The translations under genes were made by a program, and so were the position numbers. The notes below the pieces were generated by a model. The model had not been told where the DNA came from, did not search any database, and saw nothing but the letters and a program-made list of their open reading frames with translations. Positions 12,343 to 24,092 of a DNA stretch of 54,549 nt are shown here, in pieces; the stretch's first letter is position 1, and each line of letters starts with the position of its first letter. This stretch comes from Chiloscyllium plagiosum (taxonomy: Eukaryota): contig NC_057718.1 in NCBI RefSeq assembly GCF_004010195.1, forward strand, positions 17,558,430 to 17,612,978. The letters are read 5' to 3'.

Positions 12343-13250
12343 AAGAACATAAGAATGAGGAGTAGGAGAAGGCCATCTGGCCCTTCGAGCCTGCTCTGCA
12401 ATTCAATAAAATCTTGGCTGATCTTTTTGTGGCCTTAGCTCTACTTACCTCCCCTCTCACCATATCCCTTAATTCCTTTACTGTTCAAAACAAATCTATC
12501 TTAGCTTTAAAAGCATTTACAGAGGATGCCTCAACCACTTCATTGGGCAGGGAATTCCATAGATTCACAACCCTCTGGGTGCAGAAGTTCCTTCTCATTT
12601 CAGTCCTAAAACTGCTCCCCCTAATTTTGGAGCTATGCCCTCTTGTCCTAGTTTCGCCCACCAGTGGAAACATCCTCTCTTCTTCTATCTTATCTATTCT
12701 CTTTACAATTTTGTATGTTTCTCCTCCCTCAATCTTCTAAATTCCAGTGAATATAATCCATCAGTCTCTCCTCATAAGCCAATCCCCTCAACTCCGGAAT
12801 CAAGCTAGTGAACCTTCTCTACACCCCTTCTAGTGCAAGTACATTCTTTCTCAACTAAGGAGACAAAAACTGCAAGCAGTAATCCAGCTGTGGCCTCACC
12901 TGCATCCTATACAGCTGCAACATTACCTCTCTGTTTTTAAATTCAATCCCTTTAGCAATGAAGGACAAAATTCTATTTGCCTTCTTAATTACATGTTGCA
13001 TATGCAGACCAACCTTCTGTGATTCATGCACAAGGACACCCAGGTCCCTCTTCACAGCAGCTTGCTGCAACTTTTTACCATTCAAGTAATAGTCCTTTTT
13101 ACTGTTATTTCTACCAAAATGATGACTTCACATTTATTAATATTGTACTCCATCTGCAAGATCTTTGCCCACTCACTGAAACTATCTCTGTCCCTTTGCA
13201 ATGTTGCATAGTCTTCTGCACACTTTGCTCTCCCACTCATCTTGTATCAT
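12343..13250 (-). mobile_element. CR1/HER1 LINE 3' portion
   Basis: Minus translations KRDLGVLVHES...ANRILSFI...VRPQLDYCLQF and TRGHSSKIRG...RNFCTQRVVNLWNSLP, ending in a (TTCTTATG)n tail. Confidence 0.9.
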
Positions 13251-14369
13251 TTCCTAAAGGTAGCTCACTAAGACCATATCAAAGTCAATGAGGGGATGGG
13301 TAATAAATGATGATTTTGGCAGTGATACCCACATGAAAAAGTAAAGAAAACATACAAGAATTACATGTATACACCATGCTTATACATTCCCTGCATTGCA
13401 CACTGATTGCGGTTGAAAAGGGTGGTACCAGTGGACACCTTAGGGTCATTTCATGAGGCCATACAAGAACAGACAAGACCAGGAAAGAGAGTTGGGCAGC
13501 TATGAACAAGGACAGTAATCACATAGAAAGATTACCACAAGCAACTTCATCTCCACACGTGTCATACAGACTTGGAATTATGCTGATGTTCCTTCACTCA
13601 GTTGAAACCCTAAGATACCTTGCCTACCAGCAGTGTGGCAAACCATACCCCAGGGATTGCAGTGACTGAAGAAGGCAACTCTCCAAATTCTTGAGGGCAT
13701 TCAGAAATGGGCTATAAATGCTAGTCTTACCAGTGAAACGGACACCTCGCAAATGAATTTGGAAGTAAACTTGGTAGTATAGAAGTTGAGTATTGGTGTA
13801 AAAAGAGATACGATGTTGGAGCTTTTCATCAAGCACTCATCAGGGCAGATTTAAATTTGAAAGGGAACAACAATTTATAATGCTTGATAAACAAAAGAGT
13901 TCTGATTGGTTGATAATTGTAATAATTCAAGGTGTTCTCTCCACAGGTGCTGCCAGACCTGCTGAGATTTTCCAGCAATTCCTGTTTTGATTCAGAATTC
14001 AAGGTGTTGCTATGGAGAATGCACCAGGAACAGTTATGCCCAAACCTTTTGTTTAATTGAAAAAGTATGTAATGCCTGACTATGTTTCTTTTGGTGTGTT
14101 TGCAGAGGATCAGGCTTTGTTTCGGAATATATATAGCTTCTTGAAGTGTAAGTGAATTACATTACAAACCCAGTAGTTAGTTTGAAATTAGTTGTTAATG
14201 TTATTATTAGCACACTTGAGATTATTCAGTAAGTGATGTTCAGTCCCAAATCTCATCTAATGTTGGACACTACTGTAATGGAAAATTAACATTTATTGTG
14301 AAATCTATAAAGGCATAGAGAAACAAAGAAGTAAGGGCCTGACTGAAATTAGGGGCAAGTACTGTAAAG

Positions 14370-14583
14370 GAGAAAGTGAGGACTGCAGATGCTGGAGATC
14401 AGAGCTGAAAATGTGTTGCTGGAAAAGCGCAGCAGGTCAGGCAGCATCCAAGGAACAGGAGAATCGACGTTTCGGGCATAAGCCCTTCTTCATTCCTGAA
14501 GAAGGGCTTATGCCCGAAACGTCGATTCTCCTGTTCCTTGGATGCTGCCTGACCTGCTGCGTTTTTCCAGCAACACATTTTCA
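14370..14583. mobile_element. Young Penelope-derived fold-back element inside the ERV 5' LTR
   Basis: Inverted arms around 14492. TSD GCAAGTACTGTAAAG (14355-14369 and 14584-14598). Absent from the 3' LTR. Confidence 0.9.
14490..14530 (+). ncRNA. Minimal (Penelope-type) hammerhead ribozyme motif
   Basis: CTGAAGA-A-GGGC-TTAT-GCCC-GAAAC-GTC: CUGANGA core, stem II, GAAA, palindromic ACGU stem III and GUC cleavage triplet. Confidence 0.7.
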
Positions 14584-14776
14584 GCAAGTACTGTAAAGTC
14601 AAACCGACCTAACAGCAGACTTAAAGGCCAGTTAAACTACCATATCAACAGTCAAGGAATGAGAAAAACAACTCCATAAATGGAAAGGAACTCGAATTTT
14701 CCAGGCCCCTAACCTTGCAGGTGTTGATAAGAAGAAGCGAGTTATAGTATTAAGCGAATATGTGAAAGCTATCAAG

Positions 14777-15678
14777 TTGCAGGTCCAGAAGGGTACCCAA
14801 TGTTGGTCCACCAGCCATGGACTATGAAGGATTTGGAAAGTGCCTATGGGCAGTTGTCTGACCCACGTGAGGTTGGAGGTAATAAGTTCGCCGAAGAAGT
14901 GACAAGGTTCTGTACTGAGTTCTGTCCCAAGTCACATGAGATGAGACATCCCCTGGAACAAAAACTGGGTGCCAATGTCACCAAAGTCAGTTATAACTGG
15001 CCAGCCACAAACATCCATGCCAGAGCAGCTTACCCGCAAGTAGAGCGGAATAGAAACTTTAATGATTTTGTTGCAGCGCTGGCAACTGCCTGCAGGGAGG
15101 CATTCCCAGTACAAATGGACATGACCAAAATTGCAATGTGTAATTTGCATGTGTAAACAACAAGAAGGTGAGACAGTGTTCCAGTACCTTACGCGCCTCA
15201 CTGAAGTCCATAACGCCCATAGTGGACTGACGCCACCCAAGGACATAACGACGGCAGAAATCACACCGTATTTCTGAGGCACGACTGAGGAACAGCTTCA
15301 TCAGTGGAATGAAGGACGAAATAGCAAAAAAGGTCAAAGACACGTGTTACTTGGGACACGGGAAAGCTGAATTTGATAGAACAACATGTAATACATGCTG
15401 AAAAATTGCTTACCCAAGAGAAGGATAAGCAGAAACTAAAGATGGAATAGCAAGCACATAAAGCTCAGCTTACTATGATGCAAATGGTCACCCAGCCCTT
15501 AGAGGGAAGTGCTGTGGGAAAGGAGAGAGGCAGAGGTGGAGGTTGTGGAAGAGGAAGAGGGGCTGGCAGAAGTAGATCTGGCGGGTGCTTTGTTTGTAGA
15601 GCAATGGACCACTGGGCGAGGCAGTGCCCGCACAGACAGCCTCAGTCAGCCCTGGAGGCTGGACAGCAGGGTGACTGA
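14777..15678 (+). pseudogene. gag: ERV gag (5'-truncated; CA and NC), disrupted
   Basis: VAGPEGYPMLVHQPWT, MHR-like CKQQEGETVFQYLTRL, GR-rich linker, CCHC knuckle CFVCRAMDHWARQC, ending QQGD-TGA. Internal stops and frameshifts. Confidence 0.9.
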
Positions 15679-16251
15679 CGGGGGAAGGCTAAGGTGGAGG
15701 TGGGCAGCCCACAAGGGACAGGTAAGCCTCTTTCCTTTTTGCTTGGCAACAAAGACTCGCTTATGCTAATCTCTTCTACTAACTTTACGGGCACTGAAAC
15801 ATGTCCCACCCCCATATTGAGCACTGAGATTGCGGAGCGTGGACCATATGTTCAGTATAACGATGATGCGCATAAGTCAATGCCTATTTCTATGTTATAT
15901 GTGGAAGGTACATCAGTTACCTTTTTGGTAGATACAGGGACAACATATTCAGTCCTTAAATCAAACCAGTTCAGAGAGTCGATGCAAATAAAGGTGAGTG
16001 GAAGGTTCCAGAACTCAATGGGTGCATCAGGAGTTGTGATATGAGAGAGATTTACCACACCTCTGTTGTGCAAAACCAGTAATGGGGAAACATTTCAATT
16101 CTTATTTTTGTTATCAGAATTCTGTCCTTTAAATCAGATGGCTCAGGATCTCAGCGAGACTTTGGATTTGCTCAGTACCCCGACGGGCTTGCAGGTAATA
16201 CGAAAAGAAGATTTGCCAGTGCAGGCTGTAAAATATGACTCATGACCTCTG

Positions 16252-16720
16252 ATGTATGGCTATGAATGGCGATTAAGCCAGAGAGCAATAAGTTCAGTGA
16301 GCAATTCACTCGCCCTGGAAGCAAGTAACCATGTTAATCCTATTAACACCGATTTTCTTGCTGGGGATATGCTGCACTGCACAGCACGCATACACCGTGT
16401 TGGCCCTGATGAATCATATAAGAGGGACTGGTTTAGGAGATTGGCTAAATCAGATCAGTTGTTATTGTGCAAATTTTATTGGAATGATCACAGATGTGCA
16501 GTCAGTGTGAACTTATCTAAGGTCTCTGTGACGGCAAGTAGACCTTTTTTTTGATCTGGAAGGCTCTTTTCCTCACAAGTCACTGGCGAAGGTATCCAAC
16601 GACAGTGGGCAGGATTTGGGACCATGGATACTAAAGGCACAAAAAACAAAAGATTGGGTCTTAAGGGACGATGTGGGTATCTGGTTCAATGAAGCTATGC
16701 GAACATATAGGAAGAAACTA
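16252..16720 (+). pseudogene. 2H phosphoesterase (CNPase / 2',5'-PDE-like) domain within ERV pol
   Basis: Two HxT/S motifs: LHCTA (16372-16386) and, after removing one T from the T8 run at 16545-16552, FPHKSLAK...DLGPW (PHKS at 16571-16582). Confidence 0.75.
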
Positions 16721-19636
16721 AATTGGCTAACTCAGGCAGATAGGGCAGTCCAGGTAACCCCCACTAGCCCTGAAGAGCCTAGGAGGGTAGCCTGGTATTT
16801 TCCTAAAGTAGAAGTCTCGGACCCAAGATTGAGAAAGGTCCCTACTGAGTTGTGGGCAAAAGGCAAACATGATGTGGGGCTCATACAAGGCTGCAAACCC
16901 ATAAGAATAACCCCGAAGTCTGAGTATCGTCCTTGCAGAGCATAATACCCATTAAAACCTGAGACTATAGAAGGAATTACTCCAGTCTTTGAATCCCTCC
17001 TAAAGGCTGGAGTGATAATCCCCTGTGAAAACTCACCGATGAGAACCCCCATTTTTCCGGTCAAAAACGTCAAACATTCCAGGTGAACCAGAGGAATAGA
17101 GGTTTGTTCAAGACCTGCGGGCAGTCAATAACGCTGTTGTTCCACGCGCCCCAAATGTTCCCAACCCTTATACTATATTGGCTCAAATTCCGCTAGACAT
17201 TAAATGGTTCTCCATAGTGGATTTAGCAAATGCCTTCTTTAGTGTATCGGTATACCCAGACAGTCAATTCTGGTTCACTTTTTCATTCAAAGGGAAATTG
17301 TATACCTTCACGCGACTTTGTCAAGGTTACTGTGAGTCCCCCCACCATATATAATGAGGCTCTACGCAGGAGTCTGGAGACTCTTGTTTTAACCCCGGAG
17401 TCAGTGATTCTGCAGTATGTAGATGACTGCTTAAAGCAGCACCAACAGAGGAACAATGTGAGAAGGATACCCTTGTATTGCTCTGCCATTAGCTAGGGGA
17501 GGGCACAAAGCTAGTCTCGCAAAACTACAATTTGTACAATAACAGGTGAAGTTCTTAGGCCACTTAATATTTGAACAAGGGAAAGCCAATGGTCAGGACA
17601 GAGTTCAAGCAATCCAGCAAATTCCAAAGTCTCACACGAAGAAACAGTTGCTATCTTTTTTGGGCATGTGCTCCTACTGTAGAATGTTTATCCCACATTA
17701 TGCAACCCTTGAGGTGCCCCTAAGTGACAGCCCATGGCAAAGGGTTGCAGAGCCAGAGTCCGTTGCAGTGGACCCCAGAGGCTGAGAGTGCCTTTGTTGA
17801 ATTGAAAAAGGCACTCCAAACTACACCTACACTGGGGATTCCAAGTCCAGATAAGCCTTTTGTACAAACGGTAGATGAGAAGCGTGGCTGCATGACATCT
17901 GTGCTGCTGCAGGATCATGGGGGATGATTGAAGCTGGTGGCTTATTTTTCGGCTGAACTAGACCGCGTCGCGGCAGGATTACCTCAATGCCTGCGAGCCG
18001 TGGCTGCCGTTGAAAAGGCAGGGATATATTCGACTATGATGAATTAGTCCCAAATGCAGTATCCTTACTGCTTTCCGAGCAAAAGACTGCACACATGTCG
18101 GAAGCACGTTGGCTCAGATAGAGTACTGTGTTATCGGAGATGCCTAACGTTACAATAAAGCGATGTAACGTCTTTAACCCTGCTCGCCTTCTCCCCACAG
18201 AAGGAGACGGAGACCCACATGACTGTGTCACTGTAACTAATGAAATTTACAGCCCCAGACCAGACTTGCAGGATTCACCACTTCAGAATCCAGATATAGA
18301 GTTTATTGTGGGTGGGTCAGCATTTAGAAGCGGAGAGACAGGCCAGGATTGTGTTGGGTACGCTGTAGTAACTACCCACGAGGTAGTCAAAGCGGGATCA
18401 CTCCCTTCTCATCCGTCAGCGCAAGGAGCGTAGCTGATTGCCTTGACTGAGGCATGTAAATTGGCTAAGGGAAGGACAGTGAATATTTACACTGACAGTA
18501 GGTATGCATTCAGGGTTGTACATGATTTTGGAACCCTGTGGAAACACAGGGGCTTCTTGACCTCCACCAGAAAGCCCATCACATACCGTGGCCTGACTTT
18601 TGACCTCTTGGAAGCTGACCTATTGCCCAAATCAATCGCTGTGTGTAAATGTGAAGTCCACACGAAAAATAACAATTCCATTTCTCAAGGCAATGCGAAG
18701 GTAGACCCAGCAGCAAGGGCGGTAGCCCAGCAGCTGCCAAGTGATCAGTTTGACATGTGAATGACAAAAATTTGTCCCCCAACAGCAGACGTACTGGAGT
18801 AACAATCGCAGACCACGCCGGAGGAGAAGCGTGAGTGGACAAGGGCAGGGTGCAGCATGAGGGAAGGGGTATGGTGTGGCCCCAATGGTAAACCCTGTTT
18901 ACCGCGATCATTATTCCCATTCTATGCCAAACTGACATACGGTAAGGACCATGTGTCAAAAATATTTCGACACACTGGTACACTAAGGGATTTACTAACT
19001 ACTCCCAGAAGTATTGTGAAAGATGTTTTATCAGTGCCACCAATAATGTGGGGAGGGGAATACAGATGAGTCAGGCAGCACACCCCCAGCCCCAAAGACC
19101 CTTTGAACATTTACAGATGGATTTTATTTAGCTAACACCCAGCGAAGGGAAAAGGTATTGTCTGGTAATAATTGAGATGTTTTCCAAATAGGTGGAAGCG
19201 TTCTCCACGTTTAAACAGGATGTCAGTGCAGTAGCCAAGGCCTTGCTAACTGAGATAATTCCGAGATGGGGCATCCCTGAAAGGCTTAGTAGCGACAATG
19301 GGACACCATTTGTCAATAATGCGCTATAGTAGATCAGTGATTACTTGGGAATAAATATGTTTCAACACTGTGCCTACCACTCAGCGAGTGGTAAGAGAGA
19401 ATGCTACCCTAAAAAATAAATTGACAAAATATTGTGAGGAACTAGGGCTGACATGAACAACGGCACTTCCAATCGTACTAATGTATATGAGATCTAGAAG
19501 GAGAGGTGGAGCCAATCTTAGCCCGTTTGACATTTTGTTTGGTAGGCCACCCAACACAGGAATTGGCCCAAGACCTACAGTAAGACAAATAACAGACCAC
19601 TGTGAGGATGAGATGTTATGTTACTGTATAAAACTT

Positions 19637-19976
19637 CAAAGTTTGTGAGAAGATTTGTAGCTCGGGTGCTTGTTGTTGTGGTTCTGTTCGCCGAGCTGGG
19701 AATTTGTGTTGCAGACGTTTCGTCCCCTGTCTAGGTGACATCCTCAGTGCTTGGGAGCCTCCTGTGAAGCGCTTCTGTGATGTTTCCTCCGGCATTTATA
19801 GTGATTTGTATCTGCCGCTTGTCAACCGGAAGCGGCAGATACAAATCAGTACAAATGCCGGAAGAAAGATCACAGAAGCGCTTCACAGGAGGCTCCCAAG
19901 CACTGAGGATGTCACCTAGACAGGGGACAAGATGTCTGCAACACAAATTCCCAGCTCGGCGAACAGAACCACAACA
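19637..19976. mobile_element. Penelope-derived fold-back element inserted in ERV integrase
   Basis: Inverted arms of about 145 bp around 19822. TSD ACTGTATAAAACTT (19623-19636 and 19977-19990). Same pLTR family as 53480-53626. Confidence 0.9.
19712..19749 (-). ncRNA. Minimal hammerhead ribozyme motif (intact core)
   Basis: Reverse complement CA-CTGAGGA-T-GTCACC-TAGACA-GGGGAC-GAAAC-GTC-TG. Confidence 0.7.
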
Positions 19977-20347
19977 ACTGTATAAAACTTTCTACACTTT
20001 TGTCTCAAATACAGAATCAAGTGAAGGCAGCACTACCCCAACCAGCAGAAGGGAAGCTGCACAATCTAGAACCTGGAGTCTGGATAATGGTGAAAGACTT
20101 CAGGAGGAAAATCTGGAAGGCAAAAAGATGGCTGGGACCGTTTCAAGTGCTCCTTAACACACAGACAGCTGTTAAGATCGCCGAAAGAGCCACATGGATA
20201 TACGCCAGCCATTGTAAACGTGTAGCTGGGCCTGAAGAGACATTGGACGACACCGGAACCAAATAAGTGCAAGTAGTGAAACTCCGATAACCAGATTGGA
20301 CTTATATACATAGGGATTTGTAAGGTTGCTAGACACCTCACAAAAAT

Positions 20348-20682
20348 ATGGGGCTGCCCCAGCTCACACTGTTAGTAAACGCCCTGGCAGGACTACTCGT
20401 AAAGGCAGGGGCATCTGGGATACAGCTGCAGATGGTAATCTTAACCAAGGGTGCTAAGGGGACCTTTACATTCGACCATATTGGATCCTACATGCTCTAC
20501 TAGTTGTAGGGCTGGTCATGCTGATAGTGCTTTGTATAGGACCCTGCTTGTGTACCTGCCTACGGTGTTTGCTTATGAGTGGAGCGGGATACCAAATAGT
20601 AAAACGATCAGAGGCCCCACAGCAGGAAGATCCATTTGCATGGATCCCACCATACAGTAACATTGAAGTGTGTGACATGTGA
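20348..20682 (+). pseudogene. env: ERV env remnant: signal peptide joined out of frame to TM anchor and cytoplasmic tail
   Basis: ATG 20348 gives MGLPQLTLLVNALAGLLVKAGAS (signal-like). The frame 20476-20682 gives PYWILHALLVVGLVMLIVLCIGPCLCTCLRCLL...stop (hydrophobic span plus Cys cluster). Confidence 0.75.
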
Positions 20683-20857
20683 AAATGGGCTATGTACAGG
20701 GCACACCAGAACAATGATGATACCACCAGAAAGCTGTGTTACAGGTGGATGGTGTCTAAGGAAAGGCCTGGTGCTCCCTAAGCAGTTTGATATTTAGCTG
20801 TCTGGCTCTGTATATTTTTATGTCATTGTTTTCATAAAATGACAAAAAGCGGGGAAA

Positions 20858-21265
20858 TGTAATGGAAAATTAAGATTTATTGTGAAATCTATAAAGGCAT
20901 AGGGAAACAAAGAAGTAAGGGCCTGACTGAAACTAGGGGCAAGTATTGTAAACAAACAGAAAAATGTAAAGGCAAACCAACCTAACAGCAAACTTACAAG
21001 GCCAGTTAAACTACCATATCAACAGTCAAGGAATGAGAAAAGCAACTCCATATATGGAAAGGAACTTGAATGTTCCAGGCCCCTAACCTTGCAGGTGTTG
21101 ATAAGAAGAAGCGAGTTATAGTATAAAAGGAAGATGTGAAAGCTATCAAGCGCCCCTTACATGAGGCGTCTTGCCAATATATTGGGTCCCCTTGCAGAGG
21201 TCTGAAATAAACTTTTTCATTGCTCTTGCCAGCATTTGAGTCGAGTCAATTTAATTTCCACGACA
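20858..21265 (+). repeat. ERV 3' LTR (408 bp, complete)
   Basis: TG...CA ends, TATAAAA at 21122, AATAAA at 21206, preceded by a polypurine tract. Confidence 0.92.
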
Positions 21266-21824
21266 CTGCAGTCAGAGTTTTGCGATCATGGCCTGGTCAA
21301 GTATGGTATTTTCTAATCAACGTGTTTAAACATGTTATTACATACTTGAACCCAAGACTCATGCCTCAGACGTAGGGACACTACCTCTCCACCACAGGAC
21401 CCTCTTCTGGTTAAGTATGAATAATATTCTGCTAATTGAAAACAACTGAAGAGATGTGTCATTTGATGTGATCCACTAAATGTTGGGGCATACAGCCTAC
21501 ATGCACAGTGCCACACTGGCACTGGAATATATATACCATATTACTAATTTTTGTGGTATGCAGATTATCTTTTTGGCTTGATTGAGCACTCTTTCACTGG
21601 AGAAACCACATATTTTCACAAAATGAAAAACTAGCTTCCCCTATTGTGGAGATTTTGGAGCCACCTTCCCTTCCCTAATTAATTTGAGGCAGATTGGGAA
21701 TTTTCCACTATTGAAAAGCCAACCACTCTCACAGGGCAGTGTCCAGCCCTATTCTGTCACTGAGCACTTTGGCCAGATCCAGGGGTCTGTAACCACAAGA
21801 ACAGTTGCAGTGAGTATATGTAGG

Positions 21825-22225
21825 AACTATGACCAGGAATAGGCAAATCAGTCCCTTAAGCCTGATTTCTGCCATTTGATAGAGCATAGCTGATCTCATC
21901 TCAGCCTCAGCTCCACTTTCCTGCCTGCATTCTATAACCCTTCAAGCTGTTACTACTTAAAAGTCTACCCATCTCCACCTTAAATTTACTCAATGCCCTT
22001 CAAAGGTACCCCTTTCTCCCAAGCTTTTGGACATTGTGTGTGTACGGAATAAGCTGGTGGAGATGGGTACATTTACCACATTTAAAAGGCATCTGGATGA
22101 GTGTAAGAATTGGAAGAGTTTAGCGGGCTATGGGCCAAATGCTAGCAAATGGGACTAGGCCAAGTCGGAATATCTAGTCAACATGGTTGTGTTGGACTAA
22201 AGATTCTGTTTCCATGCTGTATGAC
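21825..22225. mobile_element. Two short CR1 3'-UTR fragments in opposite orientation
   Basis: 21825-21995 is a minus-strand tail. 22040-22225 is the plus-strand TTTAAAAGGCATCTGGATG...CCATGCTGTATGAC tail. Confidence 0.65.
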
Positions 22226-23061
22226 CCTTTGTGTCCCTAAATCTCCTTTGTGGCTTGCTGTCAGATTTTATATGATAACCATCCTGTGGTGGCCTTGGGG
22301 TGTTTTGCTATGTTACAGATCCTTTCATCATCCGAATTGTTGTTGTATTAAGGTCAGGTGATAAGACCTTATCTGTCTCAGTGCAGCCCATAATGGGTTT
22401 GTGTGTCCCTCTTTAAGATCTTACAAACCTCCATAGTTTCATACTTCTAACATATGCAGTCTATTGGTAAGGACGCTGCTGGTGCACAGATGCGAATGTG
22501 GATAATCCTGGAAGTTCCAGTGGGGCCTGCACATGAGTGGGTGTACTCTTGTGACTTGTCATACTATAACTGTTCAGTTTTAGGATTGTTTTTTCCAAGT
22601 AGTCACTTAGTGGTACAGAACTCAAGTATTGCTGAAAAAACAGATATGCTGCGATGTTTTGTACCTTGCATTCATCAAGTCAGAATCTCAAGAATGCCAA
22701 ATCTCAAAGGGAATGACATACTGCATGACAACAGGCTGCTGATTGGTTGGCAGGTTGAATCTAATTGGTAGAGGTGTGCTTTGAAGCCGGGAACAGTTCA
22801 CTGCTAAAGTTTTGTTCAAATTCAAAGCAGACAAGTTGAGTCTGGTTGGTCAAGGCATTGCTATGCAGAAAGTACCAGAATATTTCAGTGTGATGAGACT
22901 CTGCCGCCCATTTCTAATTGCCCTTTGGACATAGTGGTGAGTTGCCTTCTTGAATAAAACTGAATAGATTGCTAGGCCATTTCAGAGAGCCGGGTTTAGA
23001 GCCTGCAGTGGGCCTGAAGTCTCATATAGGCCAAATTCAGCTCAGGACATCTGTGCAGGCA

Positions 23062-24092
23062 TTTCTCAGGGTAGTGTCCTAGGCCCAGCCATCTTCTGCA
23101 GCTTCATCAATGACCTTCCCTCCATCATAAAGTCAGAAGTTGGAATGTTTGCCGTTGATTGCACAATGTTCAGCACCATTCGCGACTCCTCAGACACTGA
23201 AGCAGTCCATGTCCAAATGCAACAAGATCTGGATGATATCCATGCTTGGGCTGACAAGTGGCACAAAACATTTGCGCCACGCAAATGCCAGGCTATGACC
23301 AAGATCAACAAAAGGCAATCTAACCACCACACCTCGACATTCAGTGATGCTACCATCACTGAGTCCCCCACTTTCAACATCCTGGGAGTTATCATTGATC
23401 AGAAACTTAACTAGACTCACCACATCAATGGAGTGTCTACAAGAGTATGTCAGAGGCTAGGAATACTGCACTGAGTAACTCACCTCCTGACTCCCAAAAG
23501 CCTGTCAAGCATCTACAAGGCCTAAGTCAGGAGTGTGATGTAATACTCCCCATTTGCCTGGGTGAGTGCAGCCCCAACAACACTCAAGAAGCTTGACACC
23601 ATCGAGGACAAAGCAGTCCGCTTGATTGACACTTGCTCCACAAGCATTCACTTCCTCCACCACCGATGGTCAGTAGCAGCAGTGTGTACTATCAAGTAGA
23701 CTGCATATGTTAGAAGTGTGAAACCAGAGAGGCTTGTAAGAATTTAAAGAGGGACACCAGGAATTCACCAAAGATCCTCAGACAGCAGCTACCAAACCTA
23801 TGACCACTTCCACCTAGAAGGACAAGGGCAGCAGATAAATGGGAATGTCAGCGCCTTTCAAGTTCCCCTTCAAGCCACTCACCATCCTGACTTGGAAATA
23901 TGTTGTTGGTCCCTCACTATCACTGGGTCAAAATCCTGGAATTCACTGCCTAATGGCATTGTGGGTCAAACCACAGCAGGTAGACTGCAGCGATTCAAGA
24001 AGACAGCTCACCATACCTTCTCAAGGGCAAATAGGGACAGGTAATAACCACAGGCCAGCCAGTGATGCCTACATCCCACTAAAAAAAAGAGA
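23062..24092 (+). mobile_element. CR1/L2-group LINE 3' end (RT C-terminal half plus 3' UTR)
   Basis: SQGSVLGPAIF..FINDLP...MFAVDC...QQDLDDIHAWADKW...KCQAM...ILGVIIDQKLN, followed by an A-rich end. Confidence 0.9.

Larger units (their letters stand above)
14274..14776 (+). repeat. ERV 5' LTR (U3 only; R-U5-PBS deleted), interrupted by a Penelope fold-back
   Basis: Aligns to 20858-21150 with roughly 15 substitutions by eye in about 275 bp. Runs directly into gag after GCTATCAAG. Confidence 0.9.
15679..20266 (+). pseudogene. pol: ERV pro-pol (protease, 2H phosphoesterase, RT, RNase H, integrase), disrupted
   Basis: FLVDTGTTYSVL protease; QDLRAVN, DLANAFFS and LQYVDD in RT; IYTDSRYAF RNase H; LQMDF...SSDNGTPF integrase; WLGPFQVLL C-terminus. 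Many stops and frameshifts. Confidence 0.95.
14274..21265 (+). mobile_element. Defective endogenous retrovirus, epsilon/gamma-like (class I): LTR-gag-pro-2H-RT-RH-IN-(delta env)-LTR
   Basis: Paired LTRs beginning TGTAATGGAAAATTAA. The 3' LTR ends CACGACA. Near-matching 4-bp TSD CTAC/CTGC. PPT AAAAAGCGGGGAAA before the 3' LTR. YVDD RT motif. Confidence 0.95.

Noticed and set aside
14399..14602. Mirror ORFs MCCWKSAAGQ... on both strands (also at 10117, 19704 and 39881)
   Set aside because: Artefacts of palindromic Penelope pLTRs, not genes.
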